A stretch of DNA of 63,716 nucleotides, filler included, from Octopus bimaculoides (Eukaryota): NCBI RefSeq assembly GCF_001194135.2. It is 11 parts of 10 records of this genome, joined end to end, with 100 filler letters (N's around TTAATTAATTAA, not from the genome) between each part and the next. Parts side by side here need not be neighbours in the genome. Positions count along the whole stretch, not along the records: positions 33,555 to 39,408 come from NC_068981.1; positions 39,509 to 47,235 come from NC_068985.1; positions 47,336 to 60,006 come from NC_068983.1; 8 more parts are not named here. One strand, written 5' to 3'. The position numbers and the translations under genes are program-made. Shown here one piece after another: positions 37,594-50,584 of this stretch (position 1 is its first letter; every line of letters begins with the position of its first letter). The notes under the pieces are model-generated. The model did no database searches, was not told where the DNA came from, and worked only from the letters and a program-made list of their open reading frames with translations.

Positions 37594-39110
37594 TTTCTTT
37601 ATTGGCCACAAGGGCCGGACACAAAACAAATAGGAACAATATAGAACTGGGGACATGTGGGGTTTAACATAAAAATTGAGTAAACAATAAAATAACAATG
37701 ACAGTTAACTATACAACTAAACAATAAGATTCTCCAAAAGTGCGGAGTCCTCACCGGGACAACCGAGGAACCCCAAACATTCTGGTTATTCCGCCAGATG
37801 CACCTCAGCAGGCACCTCTCCCCTCAACTTCTCGGGTTTACAAACGAAAGCACAGAGTAGGCCCATACACAAGCCATCCTCGCATAACGCACCCACCTTT
37901 CAATAAATTTACTGGCGGTTGGGGAGCAGAATTTCCCTCTCTACTCCGACTTTCCTTTAAAAGTGGAACTTGAAAAAGTCGATGAGGGCTTGGCCGAAGA
38001 GGAACGTATCTCTCTTCAGTCCTTTCAATCTCGTCCACCACACAACCTCCTTCGCTATAGCCACCAGACTGAGGAAAATTTCCTTTCCTTCCCGGCGGAG
38101 CGATCTTCACAATGGACTCGGTTGATAACCGGATCCATTCTACACGTGATAACAGTTGTTCGACAAAGCTCCACAAGTCAGTAATGCACGGACACTGGGC
38201 AAGTGCGTGCAGAGCCGTTTTGTCGCTCTGCGCACACCTCGGACAGGTCCGTCTGACAGCATTTCTATTTCTGTAGAGCTTGTCTCGAACCGGCAGAGCT
38301 CCCCGGTAGGACTGCTGGGCCAGGGATTTCTCGAAGTTATCCATAAGCCCCGGCCCAAAAGTCCTCGGGAAAAGACCAGTTAATTTATCCCTCCCGCCGC
38401 TCAGAGTTTCCCCGAGGACGTCGTCACTCTTGCCTGCCACTAATCCCTTATAGAACTCCATGGTGGAACTTACACCGGCCGCGTTGCCCGACTGACAGAA
38501 AGCTGTGAGCGCTTGCCGACACTCCAGGTGTCAAGCACTCTTTCTTGGTCTACGCTTGATCCAGAACTGTAACTCTGTCAATGAGACGAGCTGCGGAAAA
38601 TCCTGCTTGACAAACGGTGACTACACTTGTTCACCGTTAAGAAAATACTGGCGATATTGCAGCCTTAGCGCGTGTCTGCGTATCATTAGCCACGTCCTGC
38701 ACTCAGCAGCTGTTGACAGTAGATGACGAGTGGAACACGTCCATTCCACAGAAAGCGGAAGAGTAAGTGCTTCAGCTTGGTCAGACATGAAGTAGGGCAA
38801 GGGACGACGGTCAGGCGGTAGTAGATGACGGAAGCGATGCACACATTCGCCATCTCCACCCGACCTTTTAGGGACCTTTTAGGGACCTTTTAGGGACCTT
38901 GCATTCAGCGCCCTACTACGCAGTCGGTTGGTATGGATATGCCTCTCCAGGTGCCGAGCTGCAGGCCAACTAACGTATCCTGATTAATTGTTGCTCCTGT
39001 TACCGCTTCGTACTCTCTTAATGTAGTGCCGATCTCCGCGATTTCCGCGAACTGTCCGACACTATTACGGTGACGTCGTCCGCATAAACTGACACGAATC
39101 TTCAGCATCC
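37594..39110 (-). mobile_element. 5'-truncated Tx1/L1-clade LINE (RT end, thumb, C-terminal zinc knuckle, 3'UTR)
   Basis: VSVYADDVTVIVSD (YADD at 39086-39075), EYEAVTGATIN..GLQLGTWRG, SLKGRVEMANVCIASVIYYRLTVVPCP...LFRFLWNG, YRGALPVRDKLY...CPRCAQSDKTALHALAQCP (zf-RVT CCHC), stop at 37838. 3' end ...cccttgtggccaataaagaaa. Confidence 0.9.
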
Positions 39111-39124
39111 TAGATTATGCGTGA

Positions 39125-39608
39125 TATGATTCCACTTCCTCTTCCTTTCCTGCCTCTTTCTCTCCTCCTCTTCCTCTCCTCCTCTCCTCTCCTCCTCTTC
39201 CACTCCTCCTCTTCCTCTCCTCCTCTTCCTTTCCTCCTCTTCCTTTCCTCCTCTTCCTCTCCTCTTCTTCCACTCCTCCTCTTCCACTCCTCCTCTTCCT
39301 CTCCTCCTCTTCCTCTCCTCCTCTTCCTCTCCTCTTCCTCTCCTCTTCTTCCACTCCTCCTCTTCCACTCCTCCTCCTCCCATTCTCCTCTTCCTCTCCT
39401 CCTCTTCCNNNNNNNNNNNNNNNNNNNNNNNNNNNNNNNNNNNNNNNNNNNNTTAATTAATTAANNNNNNNNNNNNNNNNNNNNNNNNNNNNNNNNNNNN
39501 NNNNNNNNAGAAGAAGAAGAAGAAGAAGAAGAAGAAGAAGAAGAAGAAGAAGAAGAAGAAGAAGAAGAAGAAGAAGAAGAAGAAGAAGAAGAAGAAGAAG
39601 AAGAAGAA
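39125..39608. repeat. (CCT/CTT)-rich pyrimidine tract and (GAA)n array on either side of a gap
   Basis: Direct inspection. Confidence 0.95.
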
Positions 39609-40088
39609 AATGTAGTTTAGCCCCAAGTCGGCGCAGAACCAGCAACAGGCTCATGAACAAAAATGTTCCATCTGTGAAGATCATAACTTCTTTTTTTTTG
39701 TTTTCTAATCTATGCTATCCAGTGGATCCTTCCATCTTTAAACAAAAGGGTCTTTCTCTGAGGGCGATATAGTTGCTATTCCTAGCAAGCTGTTAGCTGA
39801 TCAAGTTAGCGGATTAATCAGGCAAATAGGAAGTCTTAACAGAAGCTTGTCAGGTAAGCAGACAAAGACTTGTTTGAAATAACGTCCTGCGCGCTGCTCT
39901 AGCATCACGACGACCACCACCACCACCACCGTACAATGCATATTTACGTCACAGCTATGACGTCAATTCCAACGAAAATCATTGATCATAAAATACGGTG
40001 AGGTTCAATAGACGGCCGGCCTAATTTCATTCTTCCTCATCTCTCTCTAAATTTCTTTCTCTTTCTTCCTTTCTCTCTCTTTGTCTGC

Positions 40089-40124
<36 letters not shown>

Positions 40125-40892
40125 NNNNNNNNNNNNNNNNNNNNNNNNNNNNNNNNNNNNNNNNNNNNNNNNNNNNNNNNNNNNNNNNNNNNNNNNNNNN
40201 NNNNNNNNNNNNNNNNNNNNNNNNNNNNNNNNNNNNNNNNNNNNNNNNNNNNNNNNNNNNNNNNNNNNNNNNNNNNNNNNNNNNNNNNNNNNNNNNNNNN
40301 NNNNNNNNNNNNNNNNNNNNNNNNNNNNNNNNNNNNNNNNNNNNNNNNNNNNNNNNNNNNNNNNNNNNNNNNNNNNNNNNNNNNNNNNNNNNNNNNNNNN
40401 NNNNNNNNNNNNNNNNNNNNNNNNNNNNNNNNNNNNNNNNNNNNNNNNNNNNNNNNNNNNNNNNNNNNNNNNNNNNNNNNNNNNNNNNNNNNNNNNNNNN
40501 NNNNNNNNNNNNNNNNNNNNNNNNNNNNNNNNNNNNNNNNNNNNNNNNNNNNNNNNNNNNNNNNNNNNNNNNNNNNNNNNNNNNNNNNNNNNNNNNNNNN
40601 NNNNNNNNNNNNNNNNNNNNNNNNNNNNNNNNNNNNNNNNNNNNNNNNNNNNNNNNNNNNNNNNNNNNNNNTATACAAACGCGTAAAGAGATGGAGTGAC
40701 AAACGCGCGCACACTAACATATATACATATATATATAAACACACACACACATATATATGCATACATACATACATATATACATAGATACATACATACATAC
40801 AGACAGACAGACAGACATATTGACAGACATATAGACAGAGAGAGATGGAAAGAGAGATATAGCTAAATAGTTATATACCATATATGCATAGT

Positions 40893-40982
<90 letters not shown>

Positions 40983-40983
<1 letters not shown>

Positions 40984-41065
40984 GTTCAAAATTTCCACAA
41001 GACACTTGATGAAGGCTGGAGGGTATATCAACTGAAACGTTGTTAACAACAAACAAGATGAGGAC
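40983..41065 (+). mobile_element. Probable Penelope-like element terminus with degenerate hammerhead motif
   Basis: gacacttgatgaaggctggagggtatatcaactgaaacgttg resembles the CTGATGA...GAAAC PLE terminal motif. Confidence 0.45.
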
Positions 41066-41066
41066 A

Positions 41067-41400
41067 CTTTTTATAAAAATGAAAGGATTTTGTCTATTTA
41101 TTTATCACGACGGTGATATTAAATTGTCTAGTAACACTGAACGGATACATTTCCACAATTCTTAACCGATTTTCACCAAAATTTACACACACATTACTTA
41201 TGTCCCAAGGATGGTCGTGCACTAAACATTTTGCCCAAAGATCCCGTGTAAATGGACCTAAATGGACCTAAATGGACATAGTTTTTTTTGTATGTAGGGT
41301 CTTCCATACTATTTTAATCTTTTTATAAAAGTGAAAGGATTTTGTCTATTTATTTCGACTGTCCACCTGTCACGGTGATTAAATTGACTAGGAACACTGT
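41067..41400 (+). mobile_element. Two tandem 5' ends of a non-autonomous Helitron-like element
   Basis: ctttttataaaa(a/g)tgaaaggattttgtctattt...cggtgat..aaattg.ctag.aacactg occurs twice (about 41067 and 41319). Also an aaccgattttcaccaaaattt motif typical of DINE/HINE-like elements and (aaatggacct)x3. Confidence 0.45.
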
Positions 41401-43199
41401 ATGCGATGAATATCCAATAACAAACAATCTTAATCTCCATATTTAAGCTGCATTAAGCTTTGGCAAGCTTACATTTACCTATTCTGAGTTATTTGAAATG
41501 TGATGTTCCCTTCCTTCTCTTCTATTTGTTGATACCTTTGTTTACTTATTAATGTGTTGTTTCACTTTAAGGATACTTATTTACCCATCCATTATGATAT
41601 TTCGACTGTTGTCTATTGTTTCAAATACGTTTTAGCATTGTCGCTCTAGCTTTTTCAAACAATCACATATAATTCGTCCCAAACTTTCAGAAAGCTCCAT
41701 ACCAATTTAACTTTATGCAGCATTCGCTGTTAGTTTATCCGCAGGCTATGTGGGAAGACAGAATAAAGGGGCTTTTGTTAGCTTATCTCTCCGAAAAAGT
41801 AGCTCCCTTTGCTGTTGAAAAAAATAAATTTGCAGGGGGCAAGTTTCAACGTCTTCCCTCAATTTCATTACACTATTTATGCAGCTGTTTCTGACAAGAA
41901 ATTTCGCTTTTATGAAAAACAACTATATTTTGTAGTCATTATCTGTAATCTACTCCCAAAACACTTATATATATATATATNNNNNNNNNNNNNNNNNNNN
42001 NNNNNNNNNNNNNNNNNNNNNNNNNNNNNNNNNNNNNNNNNNNNNNNNNNNNNNNNNNNNNNNNNNNNNNNNNNNNNNNNNNNNNNNNNNNNNNNNNNNN
42101 NNNNNNNNNNNNNNNNNNNNNNNNNNNNNNNNNNNNNNNNNNNNNNNNNNNNNNNNNNNNNNNNATATATATATATATATAAGTAGTCTCCCAATAAGTT
42201 TTCATGAGTCAAACAACAGGTATTTAAGCAATGTTGGGTTCTTAACTATCTTGCATTAGTTTTAAGGTTCGTTCAGGTGATAACAGGAAAATCTACAGTC
42301 GTTGAACTAGTGTCTGTTTTAATCTTGAGACCGAAAGAATTAAAAATCTGCTTTTTTTTTTCCTTAGTCTAGGGATTGGCTGTTTGTGGTGACTTTTGTT
42401 ATGGCTAAGACGTCGTCATTGTATAAAATAAAAGTCATGAAAGAAAAATAACTCACATAAAATGCTTTGTGTCTTGATCGATAGATACCTACTAGTTCAC
42501 AAACGTCTGCGCCATCGAAGAACCCATGCTTACATCAAGTGTACCGCTCGGTGAAGAAATCTTATATAAAGAGCAGGATTCTTCTGGCGTATATTATTAC
42601 CTTCAAATCATTATGTTCTCTGCCGCAATGCTTCACTTCATCTACAGACATATTAGTTTTATATACACACACTATCCAACAGCGTTATTTACATGCACCA
42701 ACTGAAAACAGTGACACACACACACACACGCTCGTTAACACTTAAAGTTCACGCATAGTCATACATTACATATATGCACACAAGAGTGTCACACACACTA
42801 TGTACACATACATACCCACACTCCCACCTCAACCAGCCCCACGCTTACACACATGCGCACATACACGCACGCACACGCCTGCATAAGTCCGACTGCATCT
42901 TACACATGCCCCTAACAACGATTCAAGAACACACATTCACACACACACACTACTCGCACACAAGATACACGTACACATTAGCTGCTACACACAGATGCTT
43001 GCAGACAGACATATCTGATAGCCTTCCGCACATCCGCTAGACAGCCCCACATATTTATACACGCGCTTGCCTGCACACACATACACGCTCGGCTATACAC
43101 ACACATACGCGCATCACCTGAAACAAAATTCTACACTTGGAGTAGAATGCCCCTCAGACACAATGCAAAGTATGATGAAAATATTTCACAAGGAATCTA

Positions 43200-43292
43200 G
43201 CTCAAGAACACAGCGCACTCCCCGGTCCAGGAATCGAAACTATATTCTTACGATTGTGAGTGCAACACCCTAACCACTAGACAATGCATCTT
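43200..43292 (-). mobile_element. tRNA-derived SINE head (family C-like)
   Basis: Reverse complement: gcattgtctagtggttagggtgttgcactcacaatcgtaag...gtttcgattcctggacc. Confidence 0.75.
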
Positions 43293-44125
43293 CAATGATT
43301 TTAAAACATTAAAAGAGAAACAGAGAAGGATGTTTTGAAAGAGTTAGACCATAGGCATGCTTGGTCGGATCTGACTTAAACTTAGACCTAAACAGCAACA
43401 GCACCAACAAGAATAACATTAACAAAAACAACAATGCCATCAACAACACCAACAGCAACAACACTGCCAAAACTAACAGCACCAACAACATCAACAACAA
43501 CAACATCACCTCTAGCAACAACAAAACACCAACAGGAGCAACAGTAACGACAGCAACTACAACACTAACAACACTAAGACTACTAACAACAACAGCAACA
43601 ACAGTAACAATAACAACAGCAACAACATCTGTGTCTTCTTCACAACATTCAGCAATTTCATTTGTCTCTGAATTTGTTATTTAATTAGTTCTAAGTTCCC
43701 AGTTATTGACCTGTCGCCTATCTGATACCTTTAGTTATTGAATCAGTCAATAATGTAGTGTTAAGTCAACGCTGTCTTCACAGATTCAAGATACCTAACA
43801 ATGTCACCATCATCATCATCATCATCATTTTTAACCCTGGACAGCCCTGACAGAGCAGACATAATTAAAGGTTTTCTAGCTGTAATTATTTCGACCTCAT
43901 ATTTTCAAATATTATCGAATGTATACCTCAGTATTTAAGAACGCAGATGTTGTTTGAGGGAGATTAAGCTGCTATTTCAGCGGCTTCAGTAACGACGAAG
44001 AGGTTCGCTTATTGGTTTAAGATAAAATCCGTCAACGTTGATGAATACTTCATTGGAACATTTTAAAAGTTTCCATTAAGACATTACTTCGTGAGACAAT
44101 AGTTTTTTATCATTATATAGACTTA

Positions 44126-44630
44126 CTAGCAGAGAAACCCGGCCTTGCTCGGGATTAAAATAGCATAGTTTTTTTTTATTGTTTTAATTGTTTCGGTATC
44201 TTAACCCGATTTCATTCGGGTCTACTCGGGTCACATTTTAAAGATGAGGAATTCCCACCCACCCCCCAGAAAAACGAAAACTTTATTAAACATTGGTAAT
44301 GAAAAAAAAGCATACCAAATGTTTAAACAGTCTTTGAAAAGCGATTGGAGAAACCTCGCGGATGCAGATGTGCAAAGCAAAGAATGACGGGAAAATGCTG
44401 GGAATAAAACAAAACATTAATCAGGTCTCTACACAAAACTGAAATAGAATAATACGACTGCACTTACAATGTTTTGGATACAATATGTAGTCACACCCAA
44501 CCTACTTGTAGCGACTGTCCCTGTGCCTTGTTGATGCTCATTGCAAAGCACACGTTTACGGGAAACTGCCGTCGTATAAATTCAAATGGTACGGCAGAAA
44601 CGCGTCTATGATTGACTAAGACTGGTTAGT
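44126..44630 (-). mobile_element. Helitron 3' fragment with PIF1-helicase remnant and terminus
   Basis: VPFEFIRRQFPVNVCFAMSINKAQGQSLQV (about 44610-44505; Helitron helicase motif QFP..LAFAMTINKAQGQSL). Terminus cccgagcaaggccggg-tttctctg-CTAG|T at 44153-44126. Confidence 0.88.
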
Positions 44631-46244
44631 TTCGTTATTTTTTCTTGTTTTGCCTTTGTGAGTTACAAGTATTGCTATCTATTGGAGACTTATTTTAGAA
44701 TTAGCACTTTAACTGCTATTTCTAAATTTCGGTACGTGGTGAAGCAACTGTTACTGATCCCTTTATTATGTTTATATATATANNNNNNNNNNNNNNNNNN
44801 NNNNNNNNNNNNNNNNNNNNNNNNNNNNNNNNNNNNNNNNNNNNNNNNNNNNNNNNNNNNNNNNNNNNNNNNNNNNNNNNNNNNNNNNNNNNNNNNNNNN
44901 NNNNNNNNNNNNNNNNNNNNNNNNNNNNNNNNNNNNNNNNNNNNNNNNNNNNNNNNNNNNNNNNNNNNNNNNNNNNNNNNNNNNNNNNNNNNNNNNNNNN
45001 NNNNNNNNNNNNNNNNNNNNNNNNNNNNNNNNNNNNNNNNNNNNNNNNNNNNNNNNNNNNNNNNNNNNNNNNNNNNNNNNNNNNNNNNNNNNNNNNNNNN
45101 NNNNNNNNNNNNNNNNNNNNNNNNNNNNNNNNNNNNNNNNNNNNNNNNNNNNNNNNNNNNNNNNNNNNNNNNNNNNNNNNNNNNNNNNNNNNNNNNNNNN
45201 NNNNNNNNNNNNNNNNNNNNNNNNNNNNNNNNNNNNNNNNNNNNNNNNNNNNNNNNNNNNNNNNNNNNNNNNNNNNNNNNNNNNNNNNNNNNNNNNNNNN
45301 NNNNNNNNNNNNNNNNNNNNNNNNNNNNNNNNNNNNNNNNNNNNNNNNNNNNNNNNNNNNNNNNNNNNNNNNNNNNNNNNNNNNNNNNNNNNNNNNNNNN
45401 NNNNNNNNNNNNNNNNNNNNNNNNNNNNNNNNNNNNNNNNNNNNNNNNNNNNNNNNNNNNNNNNNNNNNNNNNNNNNNNNNNNNNNNNNNNNNNNNNNNN
45501 NNNNNNNNNNNNNNNNNNNNNNNNNNNNNNNNNNNNNNNNNNNNNNNNNNNNNNNNNNNNNNNNNNNNNNNNNNNNNNNNNNNNNNNNNNNNNNNNNNNN
45601 NNNNNNNNNNNNNNNNNNNNNNNNNNNNNNNNNNNNNNNNNNATATATACATTATTGCTGAATTATTTAATTCCCACAAACTATCACTCTGGTGTAGATT
45701 TGTTATATACACAGTCTGTTTGCGATATGTTAATATGATGCGCTAATTCAAAACGAACTTTTAGAATACCTGAAGGCAAACTTGCTCCAGGGCACTACAG
45801 ATTAAAGTCTTTAATAAACCTTCGTTTATCGCACAAATAATATTGCTATCTAACCTGCAGATAAATCAGTCAGATGAGTTTGAGTGCAGTGAATCATAGA
45901 TTCTTCTTGACGTCAGACAGTCAACAATATGGGGCATTGAACTTTCAAATCATCCTTTATCTCCCTCTGCCTCTCTATCTCTCTCTCTCCACCTCTGTCT
46001 GGCTATCTCTTAACCTACTGGCCTGTTTACACCCGTAAACATTCTTATCGATTTGTCAAATGTTGTCATTTATTATCATAAACCCTAATAGTAACCTCAC
46101 ATCCAACTGCTAACCTTGAAAAAGTATCATCAAAACAAACATTAAGAATGTCTCAAGTACAGTTGGTGTAACTGTACGTGTTTTTTTAACTTAACGTATT
46201 TATTTTATTCCATAATATCATTTTGCCTATTATTATTATTAACA

Positions 46245-46450
46245 GTAGTAAACTGGTAGAATCGTTAGACTGTCGGAGAAAACGCCTAGGGGCATTTCTC
46301 CTTTTCTGTCCTTAGTTCAAACCCTACTTAGCGCGACTTTGCCTTTCATCATTCGGTATCGGTAAAAACGGGTACCAGTTGAGCACTTGGAGTCAATCTG
46401 ATCGGTCAATCCCTTCCTATAAAATTGCTGACTTTGTAAAAAAATTTGAA
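46245..46450 (+). mobile_element. SINE family B, degenerate
   Basis: ctggtagaatcgttagactgtcgg...gactttgcctttcatc...aaaatttgaaaccatt. Confidence 0.75.
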
Positions 46451-46457
46451 ACCATTA

Positions 46458-46490
<33 letters not shown>

Positions 46491-46492
46491 GT

Positions 46493-46571
<79 letters not shown>

Positions 46572-46647
46572 GCAACAACAACAAAAACAACAAGAAGAAC
46601 AACAACAATAATAATAACAATAATAATAATAATAATAATAATAATAA

Positions 46648-47040
46648 CCACATATTTGCTTGTCAGTTGCTTGACCTTAACCAGTTGAGCATGTCCCTTA
46701 GTAGCTGACGATAAGTGCATCTCTGATCACGAGCAGAAGTAGTGGAAGAGAATCGGATATTTCACCTTTGGAAGTATGGGTGTTTTATTTATCACCCTTA
46801 AACAACCCTTATTCAGGGACCTTTTGAGTAGGATGGGCTACTCGACCTGAAGAAAATTCTAACTGGGCCCCACCCGCAAGGTCATGCGTTGTTTCTTTTG
46901 ATATGGGTTCGCTATGTCCCGCACACATGGTTGTGATGCATGTGCCTAGTGTATACTTATCAGGTGGGTAGTCATGATATACAGGGCTTCGTGTACGTTA
47001 CCCCAGTGACACTTTGATGGTATTCACTGCTCTCTCACTC
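46648..47040 (+). mobile_element. Family G element, 5'-truncated, between (AAT/AAC)n and (AAT)n
   Basis: Colinear with 52900-53306, with an internal deletion. Confidence 0.85.
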
Positions 47041-47128
47041 AATAATAATAATAATAATTAATTCTTTTATTAACCACAAGGGCTAATATAAATTGTACAT
47101 TAAAGACAACACAAGATGATACATAATG

Positions 47129-47177
<49 letters not shown>

Positions 47178-47335
47178 TAATAATACTAAGAAGAAGAAGA
47201 AGAAGGAGGAGGAGGAGAAGGAGGAGGAGAAGAAGNNNNNNNNNNNNNNNNNNNNNNNNNNNNNNNNNNNNNNNNNNNNTTAATTAATTAANNNNNNNNN
47301 NNNNNNNNNNNNNNNNNNNNNNNNNNNNNNNNNNN

Positions 47336-47550
47336 TTGAGAGTTGTTCTGGTAAATATTATCCTTGAGATACCCCTACAGATAAAAATCTGGAAAGGTGA
47401 AGATCAAGTCCGGTGAATGCGGTGCCCACTCAACGTCACACTTCCTGCTGACCAATCTCTCCTGAAATCGCTCTCTCAGCCAGGCTAGGGACTCATTTGA
47501 TGCCTGGTGGGTAGCCCCGCCTTGCTGGAACCACTGATCATTTCAATTTG
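47336..47550 (-). mobile_element. Tc1/mariner transposase remnant (DD41D, rosa-like)
   Basis: WFQQGGATHQASNESLAWLRERFQERLVSRKCDVEWAPHSPDLIFTFPDFYL*GYLKDNIYQNN. Observed spacing is 43; 41 is inferred from a consensus SPDLNPPDF. Confidence 0.85.
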
Positions 47551-47821
47551 TCCCTCTGCGTCGTTTTATTCAAACAGTTTTATTCAAAGATTTGTGGTTT
47601 CTGTTTTTGTTTGTTGTTTTTTTTTTTTTGGAGGAGAGAGGTGTCACCCTGTATTATACGTATATATAAATAAATAGATATATATATAAATATTTATGTG
47701 TACTTATATCTTTTTTTCTTAACACCATCCAATACATTAGACCTTGGAAGACATTATGCGGGAGCGTTTTAAAAATAGACACGTATTTGTTTTAACTCTC
47801 TCTACTTGGTGATATTTCACA

Positions 47822-48030
47822 AGATTATTATTCTTTTAGTCTTTTACGTGTTTCTGTCATTTGACTGCGGACATACTGGTTTTAGTCGAACAAGTCGACT
47901 CCAGGACTTATCTTTTATTATTTTTAAAAGCCTAGTACTTATCCCCGTCACTTTTTTTTTTGCAAGTTACGGGGACACAAACACTGCAACACCGGTTGTC
48001 AAGCGGTAATGGGGAAACAAAGATACACAC
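47822..48030 (-). mobile_element. SINE family A tail
   Basis: gtttctgtcatttgactgcgg...agcctagtacttat...ccggttgtcaagcg. Confidence 0.8.
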
Positions 48031-48555
48031 TCACACACACACATGCACACACACATGCACACACATATACCCACACACACAATAAATATATATGCATACA
48101 TATATAAATATATATGCATACATATATAAATATATATACATACATATATAAATATATATGCATACATACATGTGTGTATGTGTGTGAGTGTGTGTTGGTG
48201 TGTATGTGAATATATGTTTCTGTATGAATATACATTTAAGTACTTAACTATGTTTCTTTATGCAGGGCGATAAATAAAAATTTCATTTAATATTTTGTTA
48301 CAGTTAGGATATATTATATATTTGTAATTCTATCGTTGATCTTCTATCTTAAATATCTTTTGACATACGTGTGAGTATGTGTGAGCGTGTGTATGTAAGT
48401 GTACCTGCGCGCGTGTTGAACACACATATTAGCCATTCAAAAACAATTCGGTGGAATTGTTTCAGTGACCAGATCGCATTCGGTACTACTAAAATTATGG
48501 CACCAAGTAATAAATGTTGAAGTGAAAATAACAGTCGTTGAACGTTTTTGAATGA

Positions 48556-48598
<43 letters not shown>

Positions 48599-49545
48599 NN
48601 NNNNNNNNNNNNNNNNNNNNNNNNNNNNNNNNNNNNNNNNNNNNNNNNNNNNNNNNNNNNNNNNNNNNNNNNNNNNNNNNNNNNNNNNNNNNNNNNNNNN
48701 NNNNNNNNNNNNNNNNNNNNNNNNNNNNNNNNNNNNNNNNNNNNNNNNNNNNNNNNNNNNNNNNNNNNNNNNNNNNNNNNNNNNNNNNNNNNNNNNNNNN
48801 NNNNNNNNNNNNNNNNNNNNNNNNNNNNNNNNNNNNNNNNNNNNNNNNNNNNNNNNNNNNNNNNNNNNNNNNNNNNNNNNNNNNNNNNNNNNNNNNNNNN
48901 NNNNNNNNNNNNNNNNNNNNNNNNNNNNNNNNNNNNNNNNNNNNNNNNNNNNNNNNNNNNNNNNNNNNNNNNNNNNNNNNNNNNNNNNNNNNNNNNNNNN
49001 NNNNNNNNNNNNNNNNNNNNNNNNNNNNNNNNNNNNNNNNNNNNNNNNNNNNNNNNNNNNNNNNNNNNNNNNNNNNNNNNNNNNNNNNNNNNNNNNNNNN
49101 NNNNNNNNNNNNNNNNNNNNNNNNNNNNNNNNNNNNNNNNNNNNNNNNNNNNNNNNNNNNNNNNNNNNNNNNNNNNNNNNNNNNNNNNNNNNNNNNNNNN
49201 NNNNNNNNNNNNNNNNNNNNNNNNNNNNNNNNNNNNNNNNNNNNNNNNNNNNNNNNNNNNNNNNNNNNNNNNNNNNNNNNNNNNNNNNNNNNNNNNNNNN
49301 NNNNNNNNNNNNNNNNNNNNNNNNNNNNNNNNNNNNNNNNNNNNNNNNNNNNNNNNNNNNNNNNNNNNNNNNNNNNNNNNNNNNNNNNNNNNNNNNNNNN
49401 NNNNNNNNNNNNNNNNNNNNNNNNNNNNNNNNNNNNNNNNNNNNNNNNNNNNNNNNNNNNNNNNNNNNNNNNNNNNNNNNNNNNNNNNNNNNNNNNNNNN
49501 NNNNNNNNNNNNNNNNNNNNNNNNNNNNNNNNNNNNNNNNNNNNN

Positions 49546-49593
<48 letters not shown>

Positions 49594-50584
49594 GTATGTA
49601 ACTTTATGAATCGGCCATAATGTACATTATGATTATGCACATATATATTTGTTAATATATACCCAACATAACTACAACGTTTGTCCATTCAAGAATATTG
49701 GTTTAATATTTTTTTATACATACAATGTTTTATTATTTTTTACAAGGACCTCCTTCACTAATGCCCAAAATCACACCATGCAACAGATATGTCATAAGAT
49801 TTATGATATAAGGTAGTAACAACGTTAATTTATTAACAAAACCATATTAAACTAGAATTAACTTCTGTATGGACATTTTAATAGAAAAATAAACTCAAAT
49901 ATACGAAGCCCCTTAACACATACTCAACTTAAATATCAATAAGTATTTTAGTACACTCTGCACCAGAACTTGTGTTTATATACATACATATAAATGTATG
50001 TATGTATGTATGTATGTATGTATGTATGTATGCAGGTAGGTAGGTAGGTAGGTAGGTAGGTATGTATGTATGTATATATATATGTATATATATATGTATA
50101 TNNNNNNNNNNNNNNNNNNNNNNNNNNNNNNNNNNNNNNNNNNNNNNNNNNNNNNNNNNNNNNNNNNNNNNNNNNNNNNNNNNNNNNNNNNNNNNNNNNN
50201 NNNNNNNNNNNNNNNNNNNNNNNNNNNNNNNNNNNNNNNNNNNNNNNNNNNNNNNNNNNNNNNNNNNNNNNNNNNNNNNNNNNNNNNNNNNNNNNNNNNN
50301 NNNNNNNNNNNNNNNNNNNNNNNNNNNNNNNNNNNNNNNNNNNNNNNNNNNNNNNNNNNNNNNNNNNNNNNNNNNNNNNNNNNNNNNNNNNNNNNNNNNN
50401 NNNNNNNNNNNNNNNNNNNNNNNNNNNNNNNNNNNNNNNNNNNNNNNNNNNNNNNNNNNNNNNNNNNNNNNNNNNNNNNNNNNNNNNNNNNNNNNNNNNN
50501 NNNNNNNNNNNNNNNNNNNNNNNNNNNATATATATATATATATATATATACATACATACATACATACGTATATATAAATATATA

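Noticed and set aside
42505-42620. Frame containing DSSGVYYY as the missing Ig F strand
   Set aside because: It lacks the invariant Cys and has no phase-1 acceptor.
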